64,000 nt of DNA from Isurus oxyrinchus. Lineage: Eukaryota. The translations under genes and the position numbers were made by a program. The DNA lies in contig JANJGN010000011.1 in NCBI GenBank assembly GCA_026770705.1, positions 78,244,001 through 78,308,000 of the forward strand, read 5' to 3'. Shown in pieces: positions 38,086 to 51,574 of this stretch. Below the pieces are notes generated by a model that saw only the letters and a list, made by a program, of their open reading frames with translations, was not told the origin of the DNA and searched no databases. Numbering within the stretch: the first letter of the stretch is position 1; each line of letters begins with the position of its first letter.

Positions 38086-38582
38086 TATCCCTTGTCAGGT
38101 AGATGCCAGTGTTATAACTATACAAGAACAGCTTGGCTAGGGTTGCGGAAAGTTCTGTAGCATAAGTCTTTCATACTATTGCCAGAATATCATCAGAGTC
38201 CATATCCTTTACAGTATCTAGTGTCTTCAGCCATTTCTTGATATCACATAGAGTGAATCAAGTTGGCTGAAGACTGGCATCTGTGATGCTGTGGACCTCT
38301 GGAGGAGGCCGAGATGGATCATCCACTCGGCACTTCTGGCTGAAGATTGTAGCAAATGCTTCAGCCTTATCTTTTGCACTGAAGTGCTGGGCTCCCCCAT
38401 CATTGAGGATAGGGATATTTGGTAGAGCCTCTTCTTCTAGTAAGTTAATTAATTGTCCACCACCACTCACAACTGGATGTGGCAAGACTGCAGAGCTTAG
38501 ATCTGATCTATTGGCATTGTTGCTTCTGCTGTTTGGCATGCAAGTAGTCCTGTATTTTAACTTCACCAGGTTGACACCTTTT
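38086..38582 (-). mobile_element. Internal fragment of the same CR1-group LINE family
   Basis: NIPILNDGGAQHFSAKDKAEAFATIFSQKCRVDD, homologous to 32000-32475. Confidence 0.88.
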
Positions 38583-39029
38583 TGTGGTAAAAACAACCAC
38601 TCCGAATCTGTGTATTTTAAATAAGTAGTCTTTATTTCAAACATAAACTGGAGAGAGAGAACCTCAGCCTGCCAAGGAATCTCTCTCAATGACACAGGGC
38701 TGCAGCACATATTTATAGTTCTTATCTCCCTACTTTTCATTATAATGTTTCTCATTAAGTTCTTAACTAACCATACCATTCTTTCAGTAGATATTCCCAC
38801 TATCTCACCCCTCAGCCTTGTGTATGATCTTCAGTTCCCCTTTGCCTCCTTCTTCTGTATAACAATGAATCATCTGGTAATGCAAACTGTTAAGTCAGTA
38901 ATTACTACTACCATAGTCACTTTGGTCAAGTATCCCATCATGCTTAGAAAGAGCATTGGTCTATTCTAAAGCTATTAATGCATTTTTTCATATCAATTTT
39001 CATAAAATCATTTTGGTTATCCCACCTCA
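38583..39029 (-). mobile_element. Retrovirus-like 3' LTR (447 bp)
   Basis: The minus strand reads TGAGGT...ACCACA with imperfect inverted termini. It is preceded by PPT AAAAGGAGGGAC (39030-39041), with TATAAAT at about 38711-38717 and AATAAA at 38631-38636. Confidence 0.8.
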
Positions 39030-39229
39030 GTCCCTCCTTTTGGACCCTTGATCAGGCTTTACTTGGCCCAGGCAGGACATTTCCAAGATCTTCCAACCAC
39101 CAGTAGCTCTGGGGTGGGTTTCAGATCTTTTATCTTACTCTCCTCTTATAGCTTCACCAAAGTTCTAGTGACCGAGGCTAGGTCCGGAACCACCATCTCA
39201 TTAGATAGCAAAATCTTCATAAATGTTTC

Positions 39230-41000
39230 CAATCTTCCTATTCTCTGGGAGGGGAAATTTGGTTGTAGCGGATACCGAGATATATCCCTTATTAGCCAAC
39301 ATTACTGTCTGCACCACTTGAGATATCATCAGTCGCTGGTAAAAGCAAATACAGAGACTAACCCAATGGGATGGCAATGGACACAACAGCTGCTGCCATC
39401 CTCCTTACTTCCTACCAGTTATACTGCATTATTGCCATCTTGGCTCTATTATTGGCTGAGTCCTCCAAGCCTTTCCTAGCCTTTCCTGTCGCTAGATTCA
39501 CCTGCATCCTTCCCCTCATGATGGCTTTGTTCTATAACCCTCCTGGTAGTGGTTAGGGCCCTTTCCATTACTACTCAAGCCATTCGGCCTGGGGCGCTGT
39601 CAATATTTAATGTACCATTCCATCATGGACTGAATACATAATCAATAAGGGCCCCGCCCGCAAGATGAAAGTCCTCCACATGAAAAGAGTTGGTGATCTG
39701 TAAGCAGTAGGTATGGTTATTTTCACACTCCATATATGAATCTCGTCCTGTGTGTCAGAAAGCACACTGTCGGGAGGTTTGGACTGCCTTAAAGGCCCCT
39801 TCAAGAGGATTAACCGACACGACAATGGCAGAACTGTTACTAATGGATTCCAGGGTATTACAGGAGCACATGATGTAATGCTGAGATTCTGTACAACATT
39901 CTCGCATTGTCATCAAGCCCAGAACCAGATATCCCCAGGATCCTACCTGGTGCACCTAAGCACTTTTTTCCACTCCCAGGGATTCACATTTATTTCCCAT
40001 CCAGTATTTTCCATTAGTGTGTTCCTGCAATATATTCGTCAGAAATTTTATCGAATCCTCCACTCCCCCTGCTACAGGCCATGTAACAATTAATTCCTGT
40101 CATTCTCCCTGTAAATTGATAATGTCTAATTTCTTCAGAGCCTGATATATGCATTGAGGCACTGTGCCAAATCTTATGTCTGACCTAACATTATCTATCA
40201 GGTCCAGAGCCAACATGTCACATGCCCTCCTCTTAGACCGTGAATCCATTGCATTAATGTGGTCCGGGATAATAGTTTATCCTCTACTACACCTTCCCTC
40301 TGAACCTATATACTTGTAAGTGCATATTTAGTTCCCAGGCTGTGAATCACATTCCTCCTGCAGTCTCCTTGGCTACGCAGGATGCCTAACCATTTGTATC
40401 AGAGACTTGTAGTGAATTCAGGGCTGAAAATAGCACTGTAACTTCATTTCTCCCAATTGGTGGGCTCAGCATGGCCGCCACAATCAGCTAATAAGGTCAA
40501 GGTGAGATTGGTCAAATTGTCGGTCACGTCTAGGGTAACCATTGTAACATCATGTAATGTCACTTTGGGTCTCCCAATTCTAATTATCGCATCTGGGGGT
40601 GGTGACATGGTGGCTGGGCACTTCGTGGGTTTCTGATACCCGTAAGTTGACAAATTAAAGCATCTCATATTGCTACAACCAAATCAAATAACAGCATTTA
40701 TACATTTCTCTTGACAACATTGTCCCTCCAATCCTTGTTCCTAGACAAATGGGGCAGATTAGTCTATCCTGCCATAATGTTCACTCTTGTGTTGGACACC
40801 CTCAAGATGTCCCCACCAGTAGATGCTGAACATAGACACCAGAATTGCCCCATGCCTGAGCTAGTGATGTACATTCCCTTTATGTCCACATTTTCAACTT
40901 TGTCATTAGTGTAAAAGGTCGGGGCAATGTTACCTGAATCAGATTGTCCCGCTTTGATAATATAACCTGAATGATCTGATGATTAACGGCAGTGACTCTA
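39230..41000 (-). pseudogene. env: Env-like viral glycoprotein pseudogene
   Basis: Long near-continuous frames with few stops. They show Cys clusters, several N-x-S/T sequons (NLS, NLT, NLT, NSS, NHT, NGT), a basic site followed by RRNVIHSLGTKYAL, ECCTESQHYIMCSCNTL, a helical stretch, then hydrophobic AAAVVSIAIPLG. It lies between integrase and PPT/LTR. Confidence 0.72.
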
Positions 41001-41161
41001 TGAGAAATTCAAACACTCGGTTTTCTTATGCACCCTCGGCTCCCTCCTTTAGGCAGCTGCATGTATTGTCCTAGATGCAGACAAGTGGTTTTATTGATGT
41101 TCACAGTGGTCGCCTCCCATGCTGCTTTAATTGTTAAGTGGTTGACCACTGCTGCTTCTGT

Positions 41162-43904
41162 CCTTCGGACAGCCGTGTATTCACTATACCCCCTGACCTT
41201 CCCCTCTCTGACACTGAACGTTCAGTGCTTAGCAAAGGACTTACTTTCATACCCTTACACCCTCATCTCAATAAATTTTGGGCTCGACACGATGCTGAAC
41301 TCTTCACCCGCCATCTTCGTGTCCGTGCTTACTTCTTTGGCAGGAGTCCTCTCCCCGTTCAACGGATCCTTTTACCCATCTCCAATATTCTCCCTCCACC
41401 TGGACCCCTCCCTCTGGATTTTTACTTTCTCTTGATCTTTTCATTGAGAATTGTCGCCGCGACATTAGTCGTCCCAATTTCTCTGCTCCTCTCACCCATT
41501 CTAATCTGTCTCTTTCTGAACTTTCTGCACTCCGTTCTCTCAGGTCCAACCCTGACATTGTCATCAAACCCGCTGACAAGGGTCGTGCTGTTGTCTGGCG
41601 CAGTGACCTCTACATCGCGGAGGCTGAGCGTCAACTCGCAGACACTTCCTCCTACCTCTCCCTGGACCATGACCCCACCACTGAACATCAAGCCATTGTT
41701 TCCAGGACTGTCACTGACCTCATCTCCTCTGGGGATCTTCCTCCCACAGCTTCCAACCTGATAGTCGCCCAACCTCGGACGACCCGCTTCTACCTCCTAC
41801 CCAAAATCCACAAACAGAACTGTCCCGGTAGACCGATCGTGTCAGCTTGCTCCTGCCCACGGAACTTATTTCTCGTTATCTTGACTCCCTAACTCTCTCC
41901 CCTTGTCCAGTCCCTTCCCACCTACATCCGTGATTCCTCTGACACCTTACGTCACATCAACAATTTCCAGTTCCCTGGCTCAACTCTTCACTATGGACAT
42001 CCAATCCCTCTGCACCTCCATCCCCCACCAGGATGGTCTGAGGGCCCTTAGCTCCTTTCTCGAACAGAGGCCTGGACAATCACCATCCACCACTACTCTC
42101 CTCCGTCTGTCTGAACTTGTTCTCACACTGAACAATTTCTCCTTCAACTCCTCTCACTTCCTCCAAATAAAAGGTATGGCTATGGATATCCGCATAGGCC
42201 CCAGCTATGCCTGTCTCTTTAAGGGGTATGTGGAACATTCCTTGTTCCAATCCTACTCCGGACCCCTTCCACAACTCTTTCTTCAGTACATCGATGATTG
42301 CTTTGGTGCTGCTTCATGCTGTCGTCGGGACTTGGAAAAATTTATTAATTTTGCTTCCAATCTCCACCCCTCCATCATTTTCACATGGACCATTCTGACA
42401 CGTCCCTTCCCTTCCTTGACCTCTCTGTCTCAATCTCTGGTGATAGACTGTCCACCAATATCCATTACAAGCCTACTGACTCCCACAGCTACCTCGGCTA
42501 CAGCTCCTCACACCCCGCTTCCTGTAAGGACTCCATCCCATTCTCTCAGTTCCTTCGCCTCCGTCGCATCTGTTCTGATGATGCTACCTTCAAAAACAGT
42601 TCCTTTGACGTGTCCTCCTTCTTCCTTAACCGAGATTTTCCAACCACGGTCATTGACAGGGCCCTCAATCGTGTCCAACTCAGCTCCCGCGCATCCGCCC
42701 TCACGCCTCCTCCTCCCTCCCAGAAACATGATAGGGTCCCCCTTGTTCTCACTTATCACCCCACCAGCTTCCGCATTCAAAGGATCATCCTCCGCCATTT
42801 CCGCCAACTCCAGCATGATGCCACCACCAAACACATCTTCCCTTCACCACCACCCCCGTCGGCATTCCATAGGGATCGTTCCCTCCGGAACACCCTGGTC
42901 CACTCCTCCATCACCCCCTACTCTTCAATCCCCATCTATGGCACCTCCCGATGCCCACGCAAAAGATGTAACACCTGCCCCTTCACTTCCTCTCTCCTCA
43001 CCGTCCAAGGGCCCAAACTCTCCTTTCAAGTGAAGCAGCATTTCACTTGCATTTCCCCCAACTTAATCTACTGTATTCGTTGCTCCCAATGTGGTCTCCT
43101 CTACATTGGAGAGACCAGACGTAAACTGGGCGACCGCTTTGCAGAACACCTGCGGTCTGTCCGTCTGTCTGCAAGAATGACCCAAACCTGTCGCTTTCCA
43201 TTTTAACACTCCACCCTGCTCTCTTGCCCACACATCTGTCCTTGGCTTGCTGCATTGTTCCAGTGAAGCCCAACGCAAACTGGAGGAACAGCACCTCATC
43301 TTCCGACTAGGCACTTTACAACCTTCCAGACTGAATATTGAATTCAACAACTTTAGGTCTTGAACTCCCTCCTCCATCCCCACCCGCTTTCTGTTTCTTC
43401 CCCCTTCCTTTTGTTTTTTCCAATAATTTATATAGATTTTTCTTTTCCCACCTATTTCCATTATTTTTAAATCTATGTCTTTTATGCCGTGTTAGTCTTT
43501 CCACCCCACCCCCACTAGCACTGTACCTTGAGTGTCTTGCCATTCATTCTTAATTAGCACATTCGTTTTGATAATATCACCAACTTCAACACCTCTGTGT
43601 TCTTTTGTTCTTTTGTCTGTGCCATCTTTTAATTATCTGCTCCTATCACTGCTTGCTTGTCCCTACAACCACATCCCCCCTCCACTTCTCTCCCCCCACC
43701 CAACCCCCCCCACCCCCCACCCCCTACCTTATACCAGCTTATATTTCACCCCTCTCCTTGGATTCACCTAGTTCTGTTGAAGGGTGATGAGGACTCGAAA
43801 CATCAACTCTTTTCTTCTCCGCCGATGCTGCCAGACCTGCTGAGTTTTTCCAGGTAATTCTGTTTTCTTTTTGGATTTCCAGCATCCGCAGTTTTTTGTT
43901 ATTA
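41162..43904 (+). mobile_element. Penelope-like retroelement (Neptune-like), 5'-truncated, RT plus GIY-YIG endonuclease plus pseudo-LTR; frameshifted
   Basis: IKPADKG, FYLLPKIHK, TMDIQSL, YIDD, LPFLDL, linker CPRKRCNTC and NLIYCIRCSQCGLLYIGET...RFAEH. TCTGT is repeated at 41157-41161 and 43905-43909. Confidence 0.95.
43770..43808 (+). ncRNA. Penelope minimal hammerhead ribozyme, CUGUUGA core variant
   Basis: AGTT-CTGTTGA-AGGGTGATGAGGACTC-GAAA-CATC-AACT, with stem I AGTT/AACT. Confidence 0.65.
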
Positions 43905-44565
43905 TCTGTTTAAGGTCCTTGCCATTGTGGGTCAAATCCTGGTTGCCCCAGTGCCCCCTTAACCATTATCTTATCCTTTACATCTGGCATGTCCTAGGAG
44001 AACTGCTCCCCCTCTCTTCTGTCCCAGTCCACTACTTTCTGATGCTGTCTCACCTCAGACCTCAATTACATAAGCTGTCTACACAACTCCACAATGCACC
44101 TGCTTCTCCGATCTTTCAATGGCCCAATATCTTCACTTCCAGTGGCGGTGCCCTTTGGGAGCACCCAACTCTGCCTTTCATCATGGTGTTAATCCTGTGG
44201 TCCTACTTGGTGTAGCTCACAGGTGCATTAATATGGTCAGTAGTACATCCACACGTCCTTTTTCCAGCTCTCCTTTTACTTATATCCATCTTGTGGATTA
44301 TTTCTCCTTACCCTTCAATTGTCTCAACCAAAGAGTTCTTGTATTTTTACTTTATTTTTTTTAACTCCCTCTGACCATGATCATCTTAAGATTCTCTTAA
44401 AGTCAATTTCCCTATGCTTTGATCGTTTAAAAATGTGTTCTTACTCTTTAGGCCATATTAACCATTTCATGTAGAAAGGGGTCTCCTATGTCTCTGGTGT
44501 TGGCCAGGTTATCAAATTTAGTTCTCTTAAAAATTTTGTACATTTTGTCCCTTTTCCCTAACATT

Positions 44566-47013
44566 GGGTGGAATTGTCTCAGGTTTGCATTAAGTGCAGT
44601 AGCAGGCGGAAAAAAAACTTTTTACCCAGCAGCTGCAATGGCAGCTTCTCACACTGTACCATCGCAATCACACCACTTCCAGCCCATGACTCTGCTGCAT
44701 GAAAGGCATGGCCCGGGAAGGCAAAAACACTGCAGCCCCCAGGTTCAATGATGCGTCCCCTGAGTGCCCTTTGGAGGCGGGGAGGCTCACCATGATGTCC
44801 TCTACGCCTGCTTTTGCTGCAGGATGGGCAGCAACCTCACTAATCTGGCTTGGGAGGCGGTGGCAGTGGTGGTCAGCATCAATGCTCTGCAAAAGTGGAC
44901 AGTCACTCAGTGCCACTTGATGATGATCTCCTCCGTTCCACTAGGGTAAGTCACTCTTCTCATCACTCTCAATTCACAGACTCACGAGCCCATCACACAT
45001 CCACAGGGATCTCACACTTCAAGACCACTAACTCACACACACAATCACATCTCCATCAGGTTCATATTCTCTGGAGCTCGCATCCTGATCCCGTCCATGG
45101 CTTCGCTCACCATACAAATATTCCATGCAGTGCCATCTGTTTCCATGCAGGAGAAGCCTGCTCACATCAGCAGGGAGAGGTCCCAGGCCAGGGGTAAGAC
45201 GGCCCATATTAGGTCCCTCACTCATTCTGAGGAGCCATGCCAAAGTCATCAGAGGCAACAGGACCAACTATTGCACAGGCTGTCTCTACCCCTGCTGCAG
45301 ATGTTGGGGCAGCAACTAGAAATCTAAGGCATTCAAAAGTTAAGAAATTCTGATCATAGTTGGTTGCATGGGTGAACACATTTTGTCACTTTACAATCTA
45401 GATATATATTCACCTTCACAGCATAATGTGTAATGGGTGTCTTTCAGCTTCATTGACAGACTTCGCGAGTCCTCCCACTGCATGCCCCACCACTAGCAGT
45501 CAGCAGCATGCAGCCAGTCCGGAAGTGATTCTGGAGGGAGAAGTGTGGACAGGGCCTTTCAGAGCCTCGTGTAAGCACTTTCCCACACATCTTTCACCTA
45601 CCACACTCATCTCAATGTCCTGAGAATTTTCAATGCCGCCAGCTGGGGTTTGCTTTCAGTTGTCCATCTGAGCTGACCTGCATCTCTGCCCACCCAATGA
45701 TCACACTCCCATGCAGCACCTGATCTCACCCAGCACAATTCTCATTTCACTTTTGATTTAACCAGCATGGTGTTAATACGAGGTTTTGTTTCACTCCCCT
45801 GTTCTTTCCCCTCCCCCAGTCACCCATTTAATTTCCGCATCACTGTTGACCACCCCCCCCGGCATCACCTTCTACCTCTCCTCCGTGACCTACCAGCCAC
45901 AATCCTTTTCTTTTTGGGAATATCCAGGTGAACATGCAGGTTCCCAAAAATTCCATCCCCATTGACAGTAACCTCCCTGACATCCTCCTTCCCACCCCCA
46001 GGGTCCATGTCTGCTCCCGAGTCCCCACCAACCACCTTATTGTCCCTTCTACCGAAACCGTTGAACCCTCACCCTCCCACCCTACCACCTCACTCTGCCC
46101 TCGGTCATTCTCACCATTCCCTCCTAACACGCTCGCCCTCAGTTTGCTCCCCAGGGGGCAGTCATGGACTCATCAGAGCCCTCCCTTGCACGTTCACCTG
46201 GACTTCCTCCCTCCGGATTCCTTCCCCGCTTTAAACTCCTTCCTCCCTGGAACTCCTCCCCCTCATCCCCGGACTCCCCCCTCAGTCCTTCTCCCTTCCT
46301 AACTCCTTCAGACACTCTTACTTCTTCCTCCACCCTTACTCCCTCCTCTCTCCACACTTCTTCCTTTCCCCCAGACTCCTTTCTCCCACCGGACTCCCTA
46401 CCCTCTCCACGCTCCTTCCCCGCCTCCCCCCCCAAACTCCTTCCCTTACACCTTCCACCCCCCCTTACACCTACTTTCCCAGCTGCCATCTTCTCCCCCG
46501 TTACCTCCTCCTCCCCCTGCAGTCTCTCCCACTCCCAACCTCCCTGACACCTTCATTCCCCCCCTCCCAACCTCATCCGCCCAACACCTTCATTCCTCCC
46601 CTCTCAACCTCACCCCCCTGATAGCTTCATTCCCGCCCTCTCAACCTCACCCGACCCTGACACCTCTTCCTTTCCAACTCGACCCTGGGCCTTCCTCCCC
46701 CACCCTCCTGGTACATCTTTCTCTCCCAAACACAGCTGGATCTTCACCCCCTCGACCATCATCCATTATGAGCAGACCCTCAACGTTGACTTTCCACCTT
46801 CCATGGGGTGATCCAGTTGAGGGGGGGGTGTATAATTCTGGCAGGCTCATCTTATAATGATATGTTGATGTATTACGGCCTGCCATCGACAGCTAAGCGG
46901 TCAATTGCAAACTGGTTTCATGACATCGTGAAGCCAATTTTTGGCCTTCTCGCCATATTTCCACTCACGCTGTCAAACACACCCGAAGCCAGTGGGCACG
47001 GAAAATTCAGCCC
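44566..47013 (+). mobile_element. Non-autonomous Harbinger with Myb/SANT exons, both TIRs present
   Basis: TIRs GGGTGGAATTGTC and GAAAATTCAGCCC with flanks ATT/TTT. MAREGKNTAAPRFNDASPECPLEA...AWEAVAVVVSINALQK, donor GGTAAG at about 44945, acceptor GCAG|GAGAAG at about 45150. Confidence 0.85.
46140..46720. repeat. Pyrimidine-rich low-complexity tract with about three tandem 36-38-bp units
   Basis: C/T-rich, with CTTCATTCC..CCCTC(T/C)CAACCTCA repeated at about 46535-46665. Confidence 0.75.
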
Positions 47014-48426
47014 TTTATCTCCTACCTTTAATCATTTCCTCACACTGTCTTACACATGCAATACTTACTGTCTTATCTCGTTCCGTTTGTCTAGAGAGAC
47101 TTTACAGTCCAATAAAATACTCTCATAATATCTTTAAAGCAGAAATCAAACACTTCTATTTAATTCCAGGCAATAACATGTTTTACTTCTTCACCATCTT
47201 TCCCTTCGACAACATTTTCTTTTCTCAAAAGTAACCATTACATTGGGCCTGACTCTTTTCATTTTAAAAGTATCCCAAATTCAGGTAGCAGTATTGTTGA
47301 GCCGACAGGTTTTGTTATTCCTCAATTTATTTCTCCCATAAACAAAAGTCTTCCTGTGACTCTGCCACAAATTGGATTTCTGCCAAACTCCTTCAAGACT
47401 TCAGGCTTATCTTTATATTTTGCAAACAGATTTACAAGTGCATATTAAACTCCTTTTTTTCAACACAGAAGCTTGCAGCATTTTGAATTGGAGTCAATTG
47501 CTGTCAAACCTTTGAAAATAAAAATTCCCTTTCCTCTTTGAGAACCTTATCAGGAGCCAAGCATCAAATCTTTAAACTTTGTAACAATTGCAATTTACAC
47601 TATCAAAATTAAAATTACCCCTTTCTCATGTGTGCGAATTTGTATCCAGGTTAAATGTCCCGCATGTTTGTCAACACATATTCTTTGTCTTAGATGATAT
47701 CATAGTTTTTCCAAAAGTAACTGGTTAAAAACCTGATGCTCATTGGTAACAATTGGCCTAAATAGGATAAGTCTTTTTTTTTAAAAAAGGTGGAGTAGAG
47801 CCTCAAATAAATTCTCGGATTCCTAAAGTTGCTAGAAATCTTGTTATATTTGCGGTTATCTCAAAATAAAAGAACAAGGGTCCATTCTGCTTCAGGCAGA
47901 ATGGATTAATTTAGCAGTCTAAAAGCTCAAGCTGCAATCAGAAAGAGTTAACTCCCTACTAGACTGCAGGAGTACATTTGAATTGTGATCTTTGGCCAGA
48001 AACCTCAACTTGAACTTCATAATTTAAAACATCGGTTTGAATTGTTTAATTATACTTTCCTTTAATTCAACTCATAATCCTTATTGTAAGGCTTTTAATT
48101 CAAAGTGCTGAAACTCCACACACAAATGACAATTTAGGGAAGAAAACACATTCAGCTCCCACACAAATTTGTCGTTGCATGCAAATACACACACATATAT
48201 AAAGATATGTATATTTCCATTTTTTGACATTTATCTTAACAGTTTAAAACTTTCATACTCTAAATGAAACTTCAAGTGGCGATGGGATGGAAAGGGATCT
48301 TCGAGACTCCACCTACAGGGACAGTCCAAACAACCAAAACGTAGGCTTCCTTTGTTCCTGAGTGTCACTGTCCACTAACCATCCTCACCCACCCCCCATC
48401 TCCCCTTACAAATAGCCTTTTCTCTC

Positions 48427-50517
48427 ACAGAATCACAGAATTACACAGCGCAGTAGAGGCCCTTCGGCCCATCGAGTCTGCAGTGACACGTGAGAAACAC
48501 CTGACCTACCTACCTAATCCCATTTACCAGCACTTGGGCCATAGCCTTTAAAGTTATGACATGCCAAGTGCTCATCCAGGTACTTTTTAAAGGATGTGAG
48601 GCAACCCGCCTCCACCAGCCTCCCAGGCAGCGCATTCCAGACCGTCACCACCCTCTGGGTAAAAAAGTATTTCCTCACATCCCCCATAAACCTCCTGCCC
48701 CTCATATGAATTTGTGTCCCCTCGTGACTGACCCTTCAACTAAGGGGAACAGCTGCTCCCTATCCACCCTGTCCATGCCCCTCATAATCTTGTATACCTC
48801 AATCAGGTCGCCCCTCAGTCTTCTCTGCTCCAACGAAAACAACCCAAGTCTTTCCAACCTCTCTTTATAACTTAAATTTTTCATCCCAGGCAACATCCTG
48901 GTGAATCTCCTCTGCACCCCCTCCAGTGTAACACGTCCTTCCTATAATGTGGCGACCAGAACTGAACACAGCTGTTGGCCTCACCAAGGTTCTATGCAAC
49001 TCCAACATGACCTCCCTACTTTTGTAATCTATGCCTCGATTGATAAAGGCAAGTGTCCCAAATGCCTTTTCCACCACCCCACTAGCATGCCCCTCTGCTT
49101 TCAGAGATCTATGGACACACACACACCAAAGTCCCTTTGTTCCTCAGAATTTACCAGTGTCATGCCGTTTATTAAATACTTCCTTGTTAAGTTACTCCTT
49201 CCTTTATCACCTCACACTTTTCAGGGTTAAATTCCATCTGCCACTTACCAGCCCATTTTACCATCCCGTCTATATCTTCCTGTAGCTCAAGACACTCAAC
49301 CTCACTGTTAGCCACCCAGCCAATCTTTGTGTCATCCGCAAACTTACTAATCCTACCCCCCACATAATTATTTATGTTGTTTATATAAATGATGAATAAA
49401 AGGGGACCCAGCAGAGATTCCTGTACTATGCCACTGGACACGGGCTTCCAGTCACTAAAGCAGCCTTCTGTCATCACCCTCTGTCTCCTACAACTAAGCC
49501 AATTTTGAATCCACCTTATCAAATTACCCTGCATCCCATGTGCATTTGCCTTCTTTATAAGTCTCTCATGTGGGACCTTGTCAAAGGCTTTGCTGAAATT
49601 CATATAAACTACATCAACTGCACTACCCTCATCTACACACCTGGTCACTTCCTCAAAAAATTCAATCAAATTTCTTAGGCATGACCTCCCTGACAAAGCC
49701 ATGCTGACTATCCCTGATCAAACCTTGTCTCTCCAAGTGGAGATAGATTCTCTCCGCTTCAGAATTTTCTCCAATAGTTTCCCTACCACTGACGTGAGAC
49801 TCTTTGGCCTGTAGTTCCCTGGCTTATCTCTACAACCCTTCTTAAATAGAGAAACCACATTAGCTGTTCTCCAGTCCTCTGGCACCTCCCCCGTGGCCAG
49901 AGAGGAATTAAAAATTTGTGTCAGAGCCCCTGCAATCTCCTCCCTTGCCTCCCTCAGCAGTCTGGGACACAAATCATCTGGACCTGGAGATTTGTCTGCT
50001 TTTGAGCCTGCCAGCACCTCCAATACCTTGTCACTCCCTATATCAATTTGTTCAAGAACCTTGCAGTCTCTCTCCCCGAGTTCCATACCTTCATCCTCAA
50101 TCTCTTGGGTGAAGACAGATGTGAAGTATTCGTTCAACACACTACCAATGTTCCCTGGCTCCACCTATAGATTGCCCCCTTGGTCCCTAATGGGCGCTAC
50201 TCTTTCCCTGGTTATCCTCTTCCCATTGATATACTTATAGAATATCTTGGGATTTTCCCTACTTTTACCAGCCAGAGCTTTCTCATATCCCCTCTCTGCT
50301 CTCTGAATTGCTTTCTTAAGCTCCACCCTGTACTTTCTGTATGCCACTAATGTCTCCATTGATTTGCTCCCCTTGTACCTGCTAAAAGCCTCTCTTTTCC
50401 TTCTCATCATATCCTGAATATCTCTGGTGTTCCATGGTTCTCTGGGCTTGTTACTCCTTCCTATCACCCTAGAGGGAACATGTTGAGCCTGTACCCTCCT
50501 CATTTCCATTCTGAACG
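48427..50517 (-). mobile_element. CR1 LINE, 5'-truncated ORF2
   Basis: KSPGPDDLCPRLLRE, VDVVYMNFSKAFDKVPH, SKFADDTKIG and QRRLRGDLIEVYKIM, with an ACAGAATCACAGAAT tail. Confidence 0.96.
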
Positions 50518-51574
50518 CCGCCGCTGACCAATCAGATTGGCTGGCAGCTCTCTAAGGCGGGACTTCCTACCAAGTGAAGCGTGAAATGGCTGCGCAGCAT
50601 TTGGATTTGACAGGGATGTGTTCCCTGCCAACTCTTCGGATGGTGGGGAGCAAGACCCCGCCATCCAAAAAATTCAGGCCATTGTCTTTGTTTGCTGGTC
50701 AGTAAGCTCAAAATCCCCATAGTGTAACTGGTGCATTGCTCATATTTGCATTCTCAGTTTCATGATTTCATTTTTAATATGCAAAGATATAGATCACAAA
50801 GAAAACATTGGGTGGGATTGCCCCCTCCTGCCATGAGCAGGATTCATGGGGGGGGGGCGGCGTGGTGGTGGTGCGGGGGCAGGGACGGAAAATAAGGCAA
50901 GGAGCAAAAATATCGGTGTCCTGACTTCAAGAAACCAGATCGGGATCATCCCCTCCCGATATTCATGGCGGACTGACGGTGGGTCTGGCCTCCTGCTGAA
51001 GCTTGGCAGGAACCCATTTTGCATCTCATGCATGCTCATTAAAATCCCAACAGACCAGGATCGTGCACCCCTGCCAGCAGGAACGTATGCGAGCTTTTTG
51101 ATTTGCAAATCCTCACTGTCTGTTGATGACCACACGGCAGCAGACGTGGCCCAGAGGATTCTCACAATGAGATCCCAGCAAGGTATAGAGTTGCCATTCA
51201 CTCTGAGCCATTCGCCATTCACTCAAGACAGAGTTAGGGAAGAAGTGGGGAATGGAGGAAGGGGGAGTCTATAAAGGGCATCATGCAGGTGAATGGCAGT
51301 CAAGTCTCAATTGCAAACCTCCATTTTCTAGGGAGAATGACAAGGGCCCATGCGGTTAGTCTTTCCATTCTGCCAAGGTCTATCCATAGAAGGCAGTGCA
51401 GGCAAACTGAGTAGTGTGAGTGGGAGGCTTTCCTCTCCCATTTTCTCTCTCTCCCTCCTGTTGTGGGCCACCTTCTCCTGCATAAAGACATACAGGTGAT
51501 CATGAGTACATATAATGAAAGAGCAGGTCACAGGCTGCTAATTCCATGGCTGCTAACTGACCTCATGACTTTTC

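Larger units (their letters stand above)
41010..44270 (-). pseudogene. Retroviral-type integrase C-terminal half, split by the Penelope insertion
   Basis: 44270-43910 gives VDVLLTILMHL*ATPSRTTGLTP and PDVKDKIMVKGALGQPGFDPQWQGP*T. It continues in frame after removing Penelope (EAAVVNHLTIKAAW...CLHLGQ), fitting a GPY/F module. Confidence 0.8.

Noticed and set aside
41903-43033. Longest ORF (376 aa) as an intact gene
   Set aside because: Only part is in the Penelope RT frame; the rest is out of frame after a frameshift.
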